From NCBI GenBank assembly GCA_965219685.1, contig CBDCOH010000002.1:2688001-2752000 (forward strand): DNA of 64,000 bases, written 5' to 3'. This DNA comes from Candidatus Spongiisociaceae bacterium (GTDB taxonomy: Bacteria > Actinomycetota > Acidimicrobiia > Spongiisociales > Spongiisociaceae). The notes beneath the pieces are model-generated. The model saw nothing but the letters and a program-made list of their open reading frames with translations. It was not told the DNA's origin and ran no database searches. The translations under genes and the position numbers were made by a program. Shown one piece after another: positions 9,916-21,247 of this stretch (the first letter of the stretch is position 1; the number at the start of each line of letters is the position of its first letter).

Positions 9916-11103
9916 TTATTTTGTGATTTTGGTGACAGTGCCCGCACCCACAGTACGACCACCCTCACGAATCGCAAACCGCAACCCCTCATCCATAGCA
10001 ATAGCCGAACCCAACTCCACCGACATACGAGTGTTATCACCCGGCATCACCATCTCCACCCCATCAGGCAACGCAACCCGACCAGTCACATCCGTCGTAC
10101 GGAAATAAAACTGCGGCTGATACCCAGCAAAAAACGGATTATGCCGACCACCCTCATCCTTAGTCAACACATACACCTGAGCCTCGAACCCAGTATGCGG
10201 CGTGATCGACCCCGGAGCAGCCAACACCTGACCCCGCTCCACCTCCGTCTTGCGCACCCCCCTCAACAACACCCCCACATTGTCACCAGCCCGACCCTCA
10301 TCCAACAACTTACGGAACATCTCCACCCCCGTCGCCACCGTACGACGAGTCTCCCGAATCCCCACCACCTCAACCGGATCACCCACATGAACCACCCCAG
10401 CCTCAACCTTCCCAGTCACCACCGTCCCCCGACCAGTAATCGAAAACACATCCTCGATCGGCATCAAAAACGGCCGATCCACCGGACGGTCCGGAACCGG
10501 AACATACGAATCCACCGCATCCATCAACTCCAGCACACCCCCCGCAGCAGCCTCATCCCCCTCCAAAGCCGCCAACGCCGACACCGGCACCACCGGCACG
10601 TCATCCCCCGGAAACCCATAATCATCCAACAACTCCCGAACCTCCAACTCCACCAACTCCAACAACTCCTCATCATCCACCAAATCAACCTTATTCAACG
10701 CCACAACAATACAAGGCACCCCCACCTGACGCGCCAACAACACATGCTCCCGCGTCTGAGGCATCGGACCATCAGCCGCCGACACCACCAACACCGCACC
10801 ATCCACCTGAGCAGCACCCGTAATCATATTCTTGATATAATCCGCATGCCCCGGCATATCCACATGCGCATAATGACGACCCACAGTCTCATACTCCACA
10901 TGCGCAATAGCAATCGTAATACCCCGCTCACGCTCCTCCGGCGCCTTATCAATCTCATCAAACACCGTAAACGTATTCCCAGCCACCCGCTCAGACAACA
11001 CCCGAGTAATCGCAGCAGTCAACGTCGTCTTACCATGATCAATATGACCCATAGTCCCAACATTCACATGCGGCTTAACCCGCTCAAACCTCGCCTTAGC
11101 CAT
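9916..11103 (-). CDS. tuf: Elongation factor Tu
   Basis: [29 protein letters not shown]...DMPGHADY...NKVD; 395 aa from ATG at 11103. Confidence 0.99.
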   Translation of the reverse strand: MAKARFERVKPHVNVGTMGHIDHGKTTLTAAITRVLSERVAGNTFTVFDEIDKAPEERERGITIAIAHVEYETVGRHYAHVDMPGHADYIKNMITGAAQVDGAVLVVSAADGPMPQTREHVLLARQVGVPCIVVALNKVDLVDDEELLELVELEVRELLDDYGFPGDDVPVVPVSALAALEGDEAAAGGVLELMDAVDSYVPVPDRPVDRPFLMPIEDVFSITGRGTVVTGKVEAGVVHVGDPVEVVGIRETRRTVATGVEMFRKLLDEGRAGDNVGVLLRGVRKTEVERGQVLAAPGSITPHTGFEAQVYVLTKDEGGRHNPFFAGYQPQFYFRTTDVTGRVALPDGVEMVMPGDNTRMSVELGSAIAMDEGLRFAIREGGRTVGAGTVTKITK

Positions 11104-11184
11104 GGTGTCCGTTTCCCCTCTTGGTGTCCTGTGTGTCCATACATTGCATCGGTCGGCAATCATCACCGACAGCCGACCGTTTCG

Positions 11185-11258
11185 TAGCGGCGGGCAGACT
11201 TGAACTGCCGACCTCTCGATTATGAGTCGAGCGCTCTTACCGACTGAGCTACGCCGCC
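11185..11258 (-). tRNA. tRNA-Met (CAT), probably elongator
   Basis: GGCGGCGTAGCTCAGTCGGTAAGAGCGCTCGACTCATAATCGAGAGGTCGGCAGTTCAAGTCTGCCCGCCGCTA. Confidence 0.93.
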
Positions 11259-11302
11259 CCGGGGGATGGCCGCCCGGCATGCCGCCCGGCGTCACCCGCT
11301 CG

Positions 11303-11376
11303 AGCCCCCTTCCGGATTCGAACCGGAGACCTCCTCCTTACCATGGAGGCGCTCTGGCCTGCTGAGCTAAGGGGGC
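11303..11376 (-). tRNA. tRNA-Thr (GGT)
   Basis: GCCCCCTTAGCTCAGCAGGCCAGAGCGCCTCCATGGTAAGGAGGAGGTCTCCGGTTCGAATCCGGAAGGGGGCT. Confidence 0.95.
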
Positions 11377-11407
11377 ACTTCCGTGGGCACAAACCGCCCA
11401 CCCTCGG

Positions 11408-11490
11408 TGCCGGGAGAAGGATTCGAACCTCCGTAGGCATCTACCGGCAGATTTACAGTCTGCTCCCTTTGGCCGCTCGGGCATCCCGGC
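11408..11490 (-). tRNA. tRNA-Tyr (GTA)
   Basis: GCCGGGATGCCCGAGCGGCCAAAGGGAGCAGACTGTAAATCTGC..., long variable arm, GGTTCGAATCC T-loop. Confidence 0.95.
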
Positions 11491-11612
11491 CCTGAACGCT
11501 GACGCCACCAAGCGTAGCGGGAGGATTCTAGTCGCTGCCGACCGGAGTCAAAACCGGCGAACGCCGCGGGAGCCCTGACCGGGGCTTTGTCATGGGAGCC
11601 CTTCCGCTCGCC

Positions 11613-12470
11613 TCAGGTGCGGTAGTACATCTCCTCGAGACGGCGGATCCGTTCCTCGATGGGCGGATGGGTGGAGAACAGTCCGCCTCGCCCGCCGCCC
11701 CTGCGGCCGAACGCCTTGAGTGGATCGGCGATGAACAGCTGGCTCACAGCCGGATTGACCTCCATGGGAATGCGCCCGCTGGCCGTGCCGATCTTGTCCA
11801 GGGCCCGGGCGAGGCTGAGGGGCTGGCCGGTCATCTCGGCTCCGGACCGGTCGGCCTGGTACTCCCGCGCCCGGGAGATGGCCATCTTGATGATCATCCC
11901 CGCGATCGGCGCCAGGATCATCGCCGCGATCGCTATCACCAGGCCGGCCGGGTTGTTGCGGTCCCGGCCCCCGCCTCCGAACCAGAAGGCTATCCGGCTG
12001 AAGATGGTCAGGGCCGCGGCCAGCATCGCCGCGATCGACGAGATCAGGATGTCCCGGTTCCGGACGTGGGAGAGTTCGTGGGCCAGCACACCCTCCAACT
12101 CGTCGTCCCTCATGATCCGGAGGATCCCGGTGGTCACCGCCACCGCGGCGTGTTTCGGGTTGCGTCCGGTCGCGAAGGCGTTGGGCTGCGGCGAATCGAT
12201 CAGGTGGATCGAGGGCATCGGCATATCGGAGGAGGCCGCCAAGCGCCGGATCATGCCGTAGACGTTGGGAAGCTCGTGCTCGGCGACGGGCTTGGCCCGG
12301 CTCATCGCAAGCGCCATCTTGGCCGAGAAGAAATAGGCGACGAAGTTGAGGCCGACCGCGAAGAGCAGGCCGATCACCATTCCCTCAACACCGCCGAACA
12401 GCACCAACCCCAGCCACCAGACGAGGGCGCTCATCAGGCTCAACAGGCCTACGGTCTTCAGGTTGTTCAT
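11613..12470 (-). CDS. htpX: Zinc metalloprotease HtpX (M48)
   Basis: QPNAFATGRNP...AHELSHV...SRAREYQAD...FSTHPPIEERI. Confidence 0.95.
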   Translation of the reverse strand: MNNLKTVGLLSLMSALVWWLGLVLFGGVEGMVIGLLFAVGLNFVAYFFSAKMALAMSRAKPVAEHELPNVYGMIRRLAASSDMPMPSIHLIDSPQPNAFATGRNPKHAAVAVTTGILRIMRDDELEGVLAHELSHVRNRDILISSIAAMLAAALTIFSRIAFWFGGGGRDRNNPAGLVIAIAAMILAPIAGMIIKMAISRAREYQADRSGAEMTGQPLSLARALDKIGTASGRIPMEVNPAVSQLFIADPLKAFGRRGGGRGGLFSTHPPIEERIRRLEEMYYRT

Positions 12471-12544
12471 CTCGGCCCCGATCCTACCCGCAGATCTGCC
12501 CTAACCGGAGGTCGGAGCGAACACCTCGACCCAATGGCCGCCCA

Positions 12545-13597
12545 TCACCGGCGCGCCACCAGCACCAGGAAGTCGCCCAGTCCGCGCGGGTGGAGGAGGG
12601 TCTCGATCTCCTTCACCTTGCTGCGGACCCGGAGCCGCTCGAGAGGATCGCCTCTCCGGGCCAGATCGAGTTCCTCGGCCCGAAGACTTCTCAGCCGGTC
12701 GCCGAGTCCCAGATCGGCCAGGAACTCGCGCTGCCGGACCAACTCGCAGTCCAGACCTCTCTCGCGCGCCACCCCGAGCAGCGCGGAGAAGTCGACATCG
12801 GCGGTCAAATCGGTCGACCCCGGGTCGTCGAGCGGGTGCGGTCCCAGGTGATGGGACCGGTACGTACGAAGGGTCCCTTCCCGGCGCCGTTTCGTCAATC
12901 CGGCCGACGTGTCGCCGTAGTCGATCACCAGTATGGACCCGGCTACCAGCCGCCCGATCATGCGCCCCAGCCAGGCCGCCGCCTCCAGCTGGCATTCCAC
13001 CACTCCACCCTCGGGAGCACCGGTCGCGTTCGAGTCCAGCCATGCCAGAACCTCCCGGCGGGCCGGGACACGGGTCAGCGCCAGGTCGGGACCGCTGAGC
13101 GTCACCCAGCGCTCAGTCCAGCCATCGGGATCCCGGACTGCGATAGCCATCGGGAGGTTGTCCGTGAGTTCGTTGGCGATCACCACCCCCCGTAGCCGCC
13201 TGAGCAAACGGCCCGGAGACACAACCGCGACCTCGGGGAGGCGGGTCGCGATGGCTTCCCGGGCGGCGCGAGAAGCCTCCACGGCCATCGCCCGGGGGGT
13301 GAAGCCGAGCCCGCCCAGCAGCGCCTCCAGGAGGGATCCCGACCCGGCGCCGGCTTCCAGGACCGTGAAGTCGTCGGGGCGACCGAGCCGGTCGTACTCG
13401 CGCTCCACGTACCGGGCGAGGGTCGCCCCGAACTCGGGGCTGACCTCCGGGCTGGTGAGAAAGTCCCCCTGCTCGTGGGACCGGAGCGGGCCGGTGGCGA
13501 AGTAACCCCCGCGGGGATCGTAGAGCGCCATGTCCATGAACCGCTCGAACGGGATGGGTCCACCCCGATCGATCTCGCCGGCGATGCGGTCCCTCAA
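12545..13597 (-). CDS. SAM-dependent methyltransferase, MidA/NDUFAF7 family
   Basis: GPIPFERFMDMALYDP.GGYF...GDFLTSPEVS...EAGAGSG...ANEL.DNLP...DLTADVDF; start set at TTG 13597. Confidence 0.9.
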   Translation of the reverse strand: MRDRIAGEIDRGGPIPFERFMDMALYDPRGGYFATGPLRSHEQGDFLTSPEVSPEFGATLARYVEREYDRLGRPDDFTVLEAGAGSGSLLEALLGGLGFTPRAMAVEASRAAREAIATRLPEVAVVSPGRLLRRLRGVVIANELTDNLPMAIAVRDPDGWTERWVTLSGPDLALTRVPARREVLAWLDSNATGAPEGGVVECQLEAAAWLGRMIGRLVAGSILVIDYGDTSAGLTKRRREGTLRTYRSHHLGPHPLDDPGSTDLTADVDFSALLGVARERGLDCELVRQREFLADLGLGDRLRSLRAEELDLARRGDPLERLRVRSKVKEIETLLHPRGLGDFLVLVARR

Positions 13598-13607
13598 GCG
13601 GGCGCCG

Positions 13608-15542
<1,935 letters not shown>

Positions 15543-16367
15543 CTACAACCTCGGCAGCAGGGTATCCAACAGGTCCCGGAAGCGGTCGGCGGCCTGCTCG
15601 GCGCATTCGATCACTTCCTCTGCCGTGATCCTGCGCCCGGCCAGGCCCGCGGCCCGGTTGGTGCACAGCGAGATGGCCAGCACCTCAGCGCCCATGTGGC
15701 GCGCAGCCGTCGCCTCCGGGACGGTCGACATGCCCACCAGCGATGCACCCAGGGTTATCGCCATCCTGATCTCGGCCGGGGTCTCGAACATGGGTCCGTG
15801 CCACCAGAGGTACACGCCCTCGCCCAGGCTCACGCCCACTTCGGCGGCCGCGGCGCGAGCCTTGTCGCGCAGGGCCGGGGTGTACACGTCCGTCATGTCG
15901 GGAAAGCGGGGACCGAGTCGCTCGTCATTGTCGCCCTTGAGTGGGCTCACTCCGGAGAGGTTGATGTGGTCCGTGATGAGGACCAGGTCCCCCGGCTCGA
16001 TCCCGTCGGCACATCCTCCGGAAGCATTGGTCAGCACGACCTTCCGGCACCCTGCCAGTACCGCGGTCCGGACAGCGAAGGTGAGCGCCTCCGGCGCGTA
16101 GCCCTCGTACGCATGGACCCGCCCGGAGAACAGCAGCACCCGGTTGTCGCCCCGTTCCACGGAAAAGGCGGTGCCCGAATGGCCCGGCGCCCCCGGAGCC
16201 GGGAAGCCCGGGATGTCCTCGTACGGTATCGCCACCGCGCCGTCGAGAGTATGCGGGTAGCCGCCCAGGCCGGAGCCCAGGACCACCGCCACGTCGTGCC
16301 GGTCGCGGCCGGTGCGCCGGGCGATCGTATCGGCGGCCACTGTGAGACGTCCGTGGAGACTGGTCAT
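15543..16367 (-). CDS. punA: Purine-nucleoside phosphorylase, trimeric PunA/XapA type
   Basis: VVLGSGLG...GRVHAYEG...LTNASGG...GPMFETPAE...VGMSTVPE...CTN (Asn suggests 6-oxopurine preference). Confidence 0.9.
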   Translation of the reverse strand: MTSLHGRLTVAADTIARRTGRDRHDVAVVLGSGLGGYPHTLDGAVAIPYEDIPGFPAPGAPGHSGTAFSVERGDNRVLLFSGRVHAYEGYAPEALTFAVRTAVLAGCRKVVLTNASGGCADGIEPGDLVLITDHINLSGVSPLKGDNDERLGPRFPDMTDVYTPALRDKARAAAAEVGVSLGEGVYLWWHGPMFETPAEIRMAITLGASLVGMSTVPEATAARHMGAEVLAISLCTNRAAGLAGRRITAEEVIECAEQAADRFRDLLDTLLPRL

Positions 16368-16400
16368 CCTCCGCACCGTAGTGCCGCGGTCACGATGTGC

Positions 16401-17123
16401 TCAGCAGTCGATAAGGGCATCGAGGCCGATCCCTATCATCGCCTCCACCGCTTCGTACACCACCGTGCGATGGGGATCGTATACCTTCTCGCGGTGCATA
16501 GGGTTGCCGTCCGCCACCAGGACAGCTCCCGTCTCGACCGAGTTGAGCGCTCCGTTGACGAACAGGGCGGCGCACTCCATCTCAACGGCAACCGCGCCGG
16601 CTTGATGCCAGAGTCCCAGGTCTCCGCCCAGTACTTCACCCGGGTAGAACAACGAATGCGTCAGCACGATCCCTTCGTGTGCCACTCGCCCGGCGGCTGC
16701 GGCCGCCCTCCGAAGCGCCACGATGACGTCCACCGAAGCGACTGCCGGAAACGCCGGCGGAACCATCGAGTCCGTAACCCCGTCCGCCCGGACGGCCGCG
16801 GTCACGATCACCAGATCTCCGTCCTCGACCTCGACCTTGAGCCCGCCGCATGTACCTGTACGAATGATCCGTGTCGCTCCCGCCCGGGCCAGTTCCTCGA
16901 AGGTAATGGCCGCGCCCGGAGCCCCGACACCGTGGGAGGACACCGCGACGTCCACGCCGCGGTGCTTTCCCCCGAACGTGACGTACTCACGGAACCGTCC
17001 CAGCAGGCGGGTCTCCTGCAGTTGGGACGCGGCAAGTTCGGCCCGGGCTGGATCACCCATGACCAGCACCCTCTCGGGAAGCTCATCGGGATCTACCCTC
17101 AGGATCGGGGTTCTGTCGGTCAC
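16401..17123 (-). CDS. Nucleoside phosphorylase, hexameric Udp/DeoD family
   Basis: VMGDPARA...FREY...SHGVGAPGA...IIRTGTCG...AVEMECA; GTG start after GGAGG. Confidence 0.9.
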   Translation of the reverse strand: MTDRTPILRVDPDELPERVLVMGDPARAELAASQLQETRLLGRFREYVTFGGKHRGVDVAVSSHGVGAPGAAITFEELARAGATRIIRTGTCGGLKVEVEDGDLVIVTAAVRADGVTDSMVPPAFPAVASVDVIVALRRAAAAAGRVAHEGIVLTHSLFYPGEVLGGDLGLWHQAGAVAVEMECAALFVNGALNSVETGAVLVADGNPMHREKVYDPHRTVVYEAVEAMIGIGLDALIDC

Positions 17124-17179
17124 CAGTACACCTCCTCGGGTGGGACGCCGGGGCTGGACGAGTAGTTCCAAGGGATCTG

Positions 17180-17250
17180 ACCGGAAGGACTATACTCTAC
17201 TATGTTCTACACAACGCTGTACAACACATTTATAACTCGAATGTGTCTGT
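17180..17250 (-). promoter_or_regulatory. AT-rich promoter/operator region upstream of the phosphorylase genes
   Basis: Local AT-rich patch with inverted repeat ACACATT...AATGTGT and TGT...ACA motifs. Confidence 0.4.
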
Positions 17251-17357
17251 TCCTGGACTCGGACCCCTCGCAGCCGCTATCGCGAAGAGCCCCCCTCGGC
17301 GTAACCGCGAGACCAAACAGTGCTATGGAGGATGGCAAATGATCCGACCTCACGGTA

Positions 17358-17406
17358 ACTACCGATTGCCAACTATAGACTACAGACTACCGACTAGGAA
17401 CTAATC
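17358..17406. repeat. Degenerate heptamer array (ACTANNN)x7 abutting the hipA stop
   Basis: ACTACCG ATTGCCA ACTATAG ACTACAG ACTACCG ACTAGGA ACTAATC. Confidence 0.8.
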
Positions 17407-17408
17407 AT

Positions 17409-18632
17409 CTAGGCACGGAGTTGCTCGGCCCGCGCCGACATGTCGTCATGAAGCCGGGCGGTCGTGGGCGCATCGAAGCCGATTTCGCCGACCCGGTCTA
17501 TCCAAGCCGTGCTCTTCTCGCAGATCTCCTGGATCTTGCGGCGGGTGAGGCGGGGCGGAATATCGAAAGATCCGGCGAAACGAACCAGATCACGGCCGCG
17601 GATACGGTTGGCCCGACCGTCGACATGCAGGGCCAGGAGGTCGTCCACAGGGTAGGGACGGGTAGATACCAAGTCGTACGCCGGGGTGGGTTCCACGATC
17701 GATTCGGAGGGCACCCACCGCACGCTGATGTTCTTGGCGTGCATATCGCCGTTCACTATCAGGTAGGAAAACGCGGTCAGGCGGACCAACTCCAGAATAG
17801 CCGCCTTGGGTGACGAAGCCACTGTGGCCACCCTCCGAATGACCTCACGCATCGACAGACGATACTTGTCCGCCGGCCAGCGTCCAGACAACTGGCAGGC
17901 ATCTTCCTGAGCTATGCGGCTGACCACTCCCTCCTCGGTAACCCGGTCGAACCGCTCTACCAGCAGGCCCGACTTCCCCAAGCGATCCTGAACGACCCGT
18001 AGCGGCGGTACCCGGAACCCGCACGACGACGCCATGGCGAGGAAGAACGCCTCGTTCTCGACCAGTAGCGGATAGCGCTCAGGGGTGAGTTTCAGAATTG
18101 CCGGCCCACCTCCCGCCCTGACCGGGAAGGAAATGAGAGCATCGGAGAGCTTGTCCTGTACCCCTGGAATCGCGGTGTCGAACTGCTGGTCGGTCACGGA
18201 GACCGAGCGGGCGAACAACTCGGCGAACGAGACATCCGTAGGATCCTGCACGCCCGGGGTGGCACCCGGATCGAGAGGACGCTCTCCGACGGGCACCACC
18301 GTCACATCCCCGACCGCGTCACCGGCCACCACCAGCAGGAGAGACATCTCGTCGTCTGCAGAGGTCTTGGCGCCCGATATGATCGCCTGGAGCCGCGCCC
18401 CCTCGGGTAGCAACCCGGCAAAGAAGGCGGGAACCGCGCCTCCCGGAGTGCGGTACGGTTCTCGACGTACAGGAAGGGTCGATGCCACCCTTCGACCCCC
18501 CGCCCGCAAGTATCCCGGTTCATACGCGAACTCGACATGATCGGTCATCCGCCGAAGGCGCCCGGCGAGGACATCACGCTTGAACACATCGGCGACATCC
18601 ACCGCCTTGGCTTCGGAGGCGTCGCTGATCAA
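17409..18632 (-). CDS. hipA: HipA-family Ser/Thr kinase toxin
   Basis: N-terminal FFAGLLPEG; IPGVQDKLS; LLVERFDR; QEDACQ; NGDMHAKNIS; PAYDLVS. Confidence 0.93.
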   Translation of the reverse strand: MISDASEAKAVDVADVFKRDVLAGRLRRMTDHVEFAYEPGYLRAGGRRVASTLPVRREPYRTPGGAVPAFFAGLLPEGARLQAIISGAKTSADDEMSLLLVVAGDAVGDVTVVPVGERPLDPGATPGVQDPTDVSFAELFARSVSVTDQQFDTAIPGVQDKLSDALISFPVRAGGGPAILKLTPERYPLLVENEAFFLAMASSCGFRVPPLRVVQDRLGKSGLLVERFDRVTEEGVVSRIAQEDACQLSGRWPADKYRLSMREVIRRVATVASSPKAAILELVRLTAFSYLIVNGDMHAKNISVRWVPSESIVEPTPAYDLVSTRPYPVDDLLALHVDGRANRIRGRDLVRFAGSFDIPPRLTRRKIQEICEKSTAWIDRVGEIGFDAPTTARLHDDMSARAEQLRA

Positions 18633-18847
18633 GGCCTACGCACCGGGTAGCGGGGTCGGGAGACGATGTCCAGACCCACGGCGTCGCAGATGGCAATCAG
18701 GTTGCGGAGGGTGACGGAGGAGGAGCCACGCTCCACCTCCGAGACCAGGCGACGATTGACGCCGATCAGTTCGGCCACATCGGCCTGGGTGAGCCGCAAC
18801 ACCTTCCGTCGCCGCCGGATCTCGATCCCGATCTCTTCGACACTCAA
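18629..18847 (-). CDS. hipB: HipB-like XRE HTH antitoxin
   Basis: IRRRRKVLRLTQADVAELIGVNRRLVSEVERG; 4-bp overlap with hipA. Confidence 0.88.
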   Translation of the reverse strand: MSVEEIGIEIRRRRKVLRLTQADVAELIGVNRRLVSEVERGSSSVTLRNLIAICDAVGLDIVSRPRYPVRRP

Positions 18848-18863
18848 CGATACCCCCCGAACT

Positions 18864-18942
18864 AGCGAGATATATGTAACATACAGGGTAGTGTCCGGGT
18901 TGTCCTCGGTAGGAGGCGGACAAGAAGCGAACTATATGTAGC
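18864..18942. promoter_or_regulatory. Two candidate HipB operator repeats
   Basis: AGCGAGATATATGTAAC (18864-18880) and AGCGAACTATATGTAGC (18926-18942), 14/17 identical, upstream of hipB. Confidence 0.5.
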
Positions 18943-19006
18943 TCTTTGTCGAGCGGCGGGGGTGGTGGCACGGTGGCGGTGCCCTCAGGACCAACCTCTT
19001 GGAAAA

Positions 19007-19046
19007 GCATCGATTTTGAGAGGCGTCGATTTTGAGAGGCATCGAT
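19007..19046. repeat. 16-bp direct tandem repeat x2.5
   Basis: GCATCGATTTTGAGAG GCGTCGATTTTGAGAG GCATCGAT. Confidence 0.85.
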
Positions 19047-19089
19047 CCTTCTTCAACCCTCATGATGGCCACACGGACGCGGCGCCGCC

Positions 19090-21060
19090 TCACACAACCC
19101 GTTCGTTCCCTCCGTCAACAGGGATCTGGGCGCCCGTCGTGGCGGCGAAGGTAGCGCTGCACAGTTCCGTCACAACGCCGGCTACCTGCTTCGAGGTCAC
19201 TTCAGTGGCCAGCAGGTTGCGCGTGCGGTATTCCTCCGCCGTCATCCCGTACACGGCGGCGCGCCCGGCGATGAGCTCATCGCTCCAGAGGCCTGTGTCG
19301 AACACGCCGTCAGGGTGGACTACGTTCACCCGGATACCGTCTGCCGCCCACTCGAGCGCCGCCACCCTCGCCAGTTGCGTCACAGCCGCCTTCGAGGCGG
19401 AGTAGGCCGCCGCACCACGGCCTGGCGCCGGCACGTTCTTCGAGCCGACCACGACCACCCGGCCGCCGACCGGGGAGCGGGCAAGCAACGGGTGCACCGA
19501 TGCCAGCAGGCTCGCCACCGCGTCCGTGTTGACGGCCTGAACCGAACGCCACCGGGCGGTGTCGAGGTCACTGAGAGGCCCCGGCCGGCCGAACACCCCT
19601 GCCGCAGCCACGGCGATGTCGACGCCTCCGAACCGTTCCACCGTACGGTCGAGTGCCAGTCGCTGAGCTTCGCGATCGGTCACGTCGACTTGAATCCCGT
19701 ACCAGGCCGGACCCGTAAACCTACCGCCCACGCCCGGATCCAGATCGAACCCGGCCACGGCGCACCCGCCGGAGAGTAGTTCAGCGGCGCAGGCGGCTCC
19801 GATCCCGGACGCGGCGCCCGTGACAAGCGCCACCATCCCCGCGAACCTCGGCGGCTCACCGGCCCGACGGAGTTTCGCCTGCTCCAGATCCCAGTACTCC
19901 ACTTCGAACAGATCGCCGGAACCGAGGGCAACGTAACCGCCGAGGTGGTCCTCGGCGCGTTCGAGGACCGGCATGGTGTGGTGGTAGATGTCGGCCGCGA
20001 TCCGGGAGGCCTTGGCGCTCTCACCGATTGTCAGCAGGCCCAGGCCCGGGTCTAACACCACTCTGGGCGCGGGATCGAGCATGGTCAGTTCAGTCCGTCC
20101 CCGGTGGCGGTTTTCCTCGAAGTACCTCCCGTAGGCATCGACATACGCGTCGACATCGGCTCCGACCATGGGCAGGCGCTTGGTCCTGATCACGTGGTCG
20201 GGGGTGAGCGGGCCCCGGGACGCCAGGCTATCCAGGTCGGCACGGCGCACGAACCGGCTAGTGGTCCGGTCGGTATGGCGGGCCATGATCATCGGTTTGC
20301 CGGCCGCTTCCGAGATCCGGAGACGCAGGCTGGCCAGTTCCACCGAGCAGGCCGGAGGGAGTGTGTCCGGGTCCGGATCAGCCTGACGGGCATGCGCCTC
20401 CAGCCAGCGCTCGGCAGCCGTAATCAGCCGGATGTGGCGGGTGTAGGCAGCCTTGGTAGTCGACCCGAAGGTGAACAGCCCGTGGTTGAGGAGCACGAGA
20501 CCTTCCATCCCCTCCCGGTACTGCTCCCGCCAGATGGCCACGATCGCCCGGGCCAGGTCGAAGCCCGGCATCACATAGGGGACTATCCCGACCCTCTGGC
20601 CGAACACCTCCCTTACCCGCGCCTCGCCGTCGGCCAGGTTGGTGAGGGTGACGATGGCGTCGGCATGGCTGTGCTGGACCGCACGGTAAGGGAGGAAAGC
20701 ATGCAGGAGGGTCTCCACGGACGGCTGGGGCGCGGCGGGATCCAGCCGGGCGGCCGACAGCTCCCGCATCATGTCGGGGTCGGACAGCCTTTCGAGAGCG
20801 AGCAGATCATGCAGGCGGTCGAGGGGCAGCGGCGTGAACCCGGGCGCTTCGATCGCTCCCAGGTCCCACCCGGAACCCTTCACGTAGAGGGCGTCGATGG
20901 TCCGCCCGGTGATGTCCTCGAACGGCGCCTTGACCGAGGTGTTGCCGCCTCCGTGCAGGACAAGGTAGGGGTCGGAGCCCAGCAACCTGGACCCGTAGAC
21001 ACAGCCACCGAGGGGCCCATCGAATGCAGCCGCCTCAGCGTCTCGCCATCTGTTTTTCAT
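19090..21060 (-). CDS. Bifunctional class II aldolase / short-chain dehydrogenase (RhaD-SDR-like family)
   Basis: HGGGNTSVK...PSVETLLHA...HSHAD...NHGL aldolase domain; VTGAASGIG...YSASK...NVVHPD SDR domain. Confidence 0.92.
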   Translation of the reverse strand: MKNRWRDAEAAAFDGPLGGCVYGSRLLGSDPYLVLHGGGNTSVKAPFEDITGRTIDALYVKGSGWDLGAIEAPGFTPLPLDRLHDLLALERLSDPDMMRELSAARLDPAAPQPSVETLLHAFLPYRAVQHSHADAIVTLTNLADGEARVREVFGQRVGIVPYVMPGFDLARAIVAIWREQYREGMEGLVLLNHGLFTFGSTTKAAYTRHIRLITAAERWLEAHARQADPDPDTLPPACSVELASLRLRISEAAGKPMIMARHTDRTTSRFVRRADLDSLASRGPLTPDHVIRTKRLPMVGADVDAYVDAYGRYFEENRHRGRTELTMLDPAPRVVLDPGLGLLTIGESAKASRIAADIYHHTMPVLERAEDHLGGYVALGSGDLFEVEYWDLEQAKLRRAGEPPRFAGMVALVTGAASGIGAACAAELLSGGCAVAGFDLDPGVGGRFTGPAWYGIQVDVTDREAQRLALDRTVERFGGVDIAVAAAGVFGRPGPLSDLDTARWRSVQAVNTDAVASLLASVHPLLARSPVGGRVVVVGSKNVPAPGRGAAAYSASKAAVTQLARVAALEWAADGIRVNVVHPDGVFDTGLWSDELIAGRAAVYGMTAEEYRTRNLLATEVTSKQVAGVVTELCSATFAATTGAQIPVDGGNERVV

Positions 21061-21247
21061 CGGTTATCCGTTGCCCGTTGTCGCTTGCCCGTTGTACCGG
21101 GTGTCATGCGCGTGCTATCGGCTCGCTGTCCTAGCTGTCAACGCATCGTAGAGACTCGATGACCGACCACCACTCACCACTCACCACTCACCACTCACCA
21201 CTCACCACTCACCACTCACCACTCACCACTCACCACTCACCACTCAC
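21061..21247. repeat. Bipartite heptamer array: degenerate (CCGTTGY)x5 left arm and perfect (CACTCAC)x11 right arm
   Basis: Left 21061-21095 abuts the aldolase ATG; right 21171-21247 abuts the SDR stop. Confidence 0.93.

Noticed and set aside
9817-11187. 456-aa His/Arg/Pro-rich plus-strand ORF
   Set aside because: Antisense to tuf; a by-product of its extreme G/T codon skew.
11185-11600. Prophage or island integrated at the tRNA cluster
   Set aside because: No integrase and no duplicated tRNA 3' end seen; the flanking genes are housekeeping.
21061-21247. Possible CRISPR array
   Set aside because: Units are 7-bp tandem repeats without spacers; no 25-45-bp repeat-spacer pattern and no cas genes in the window.
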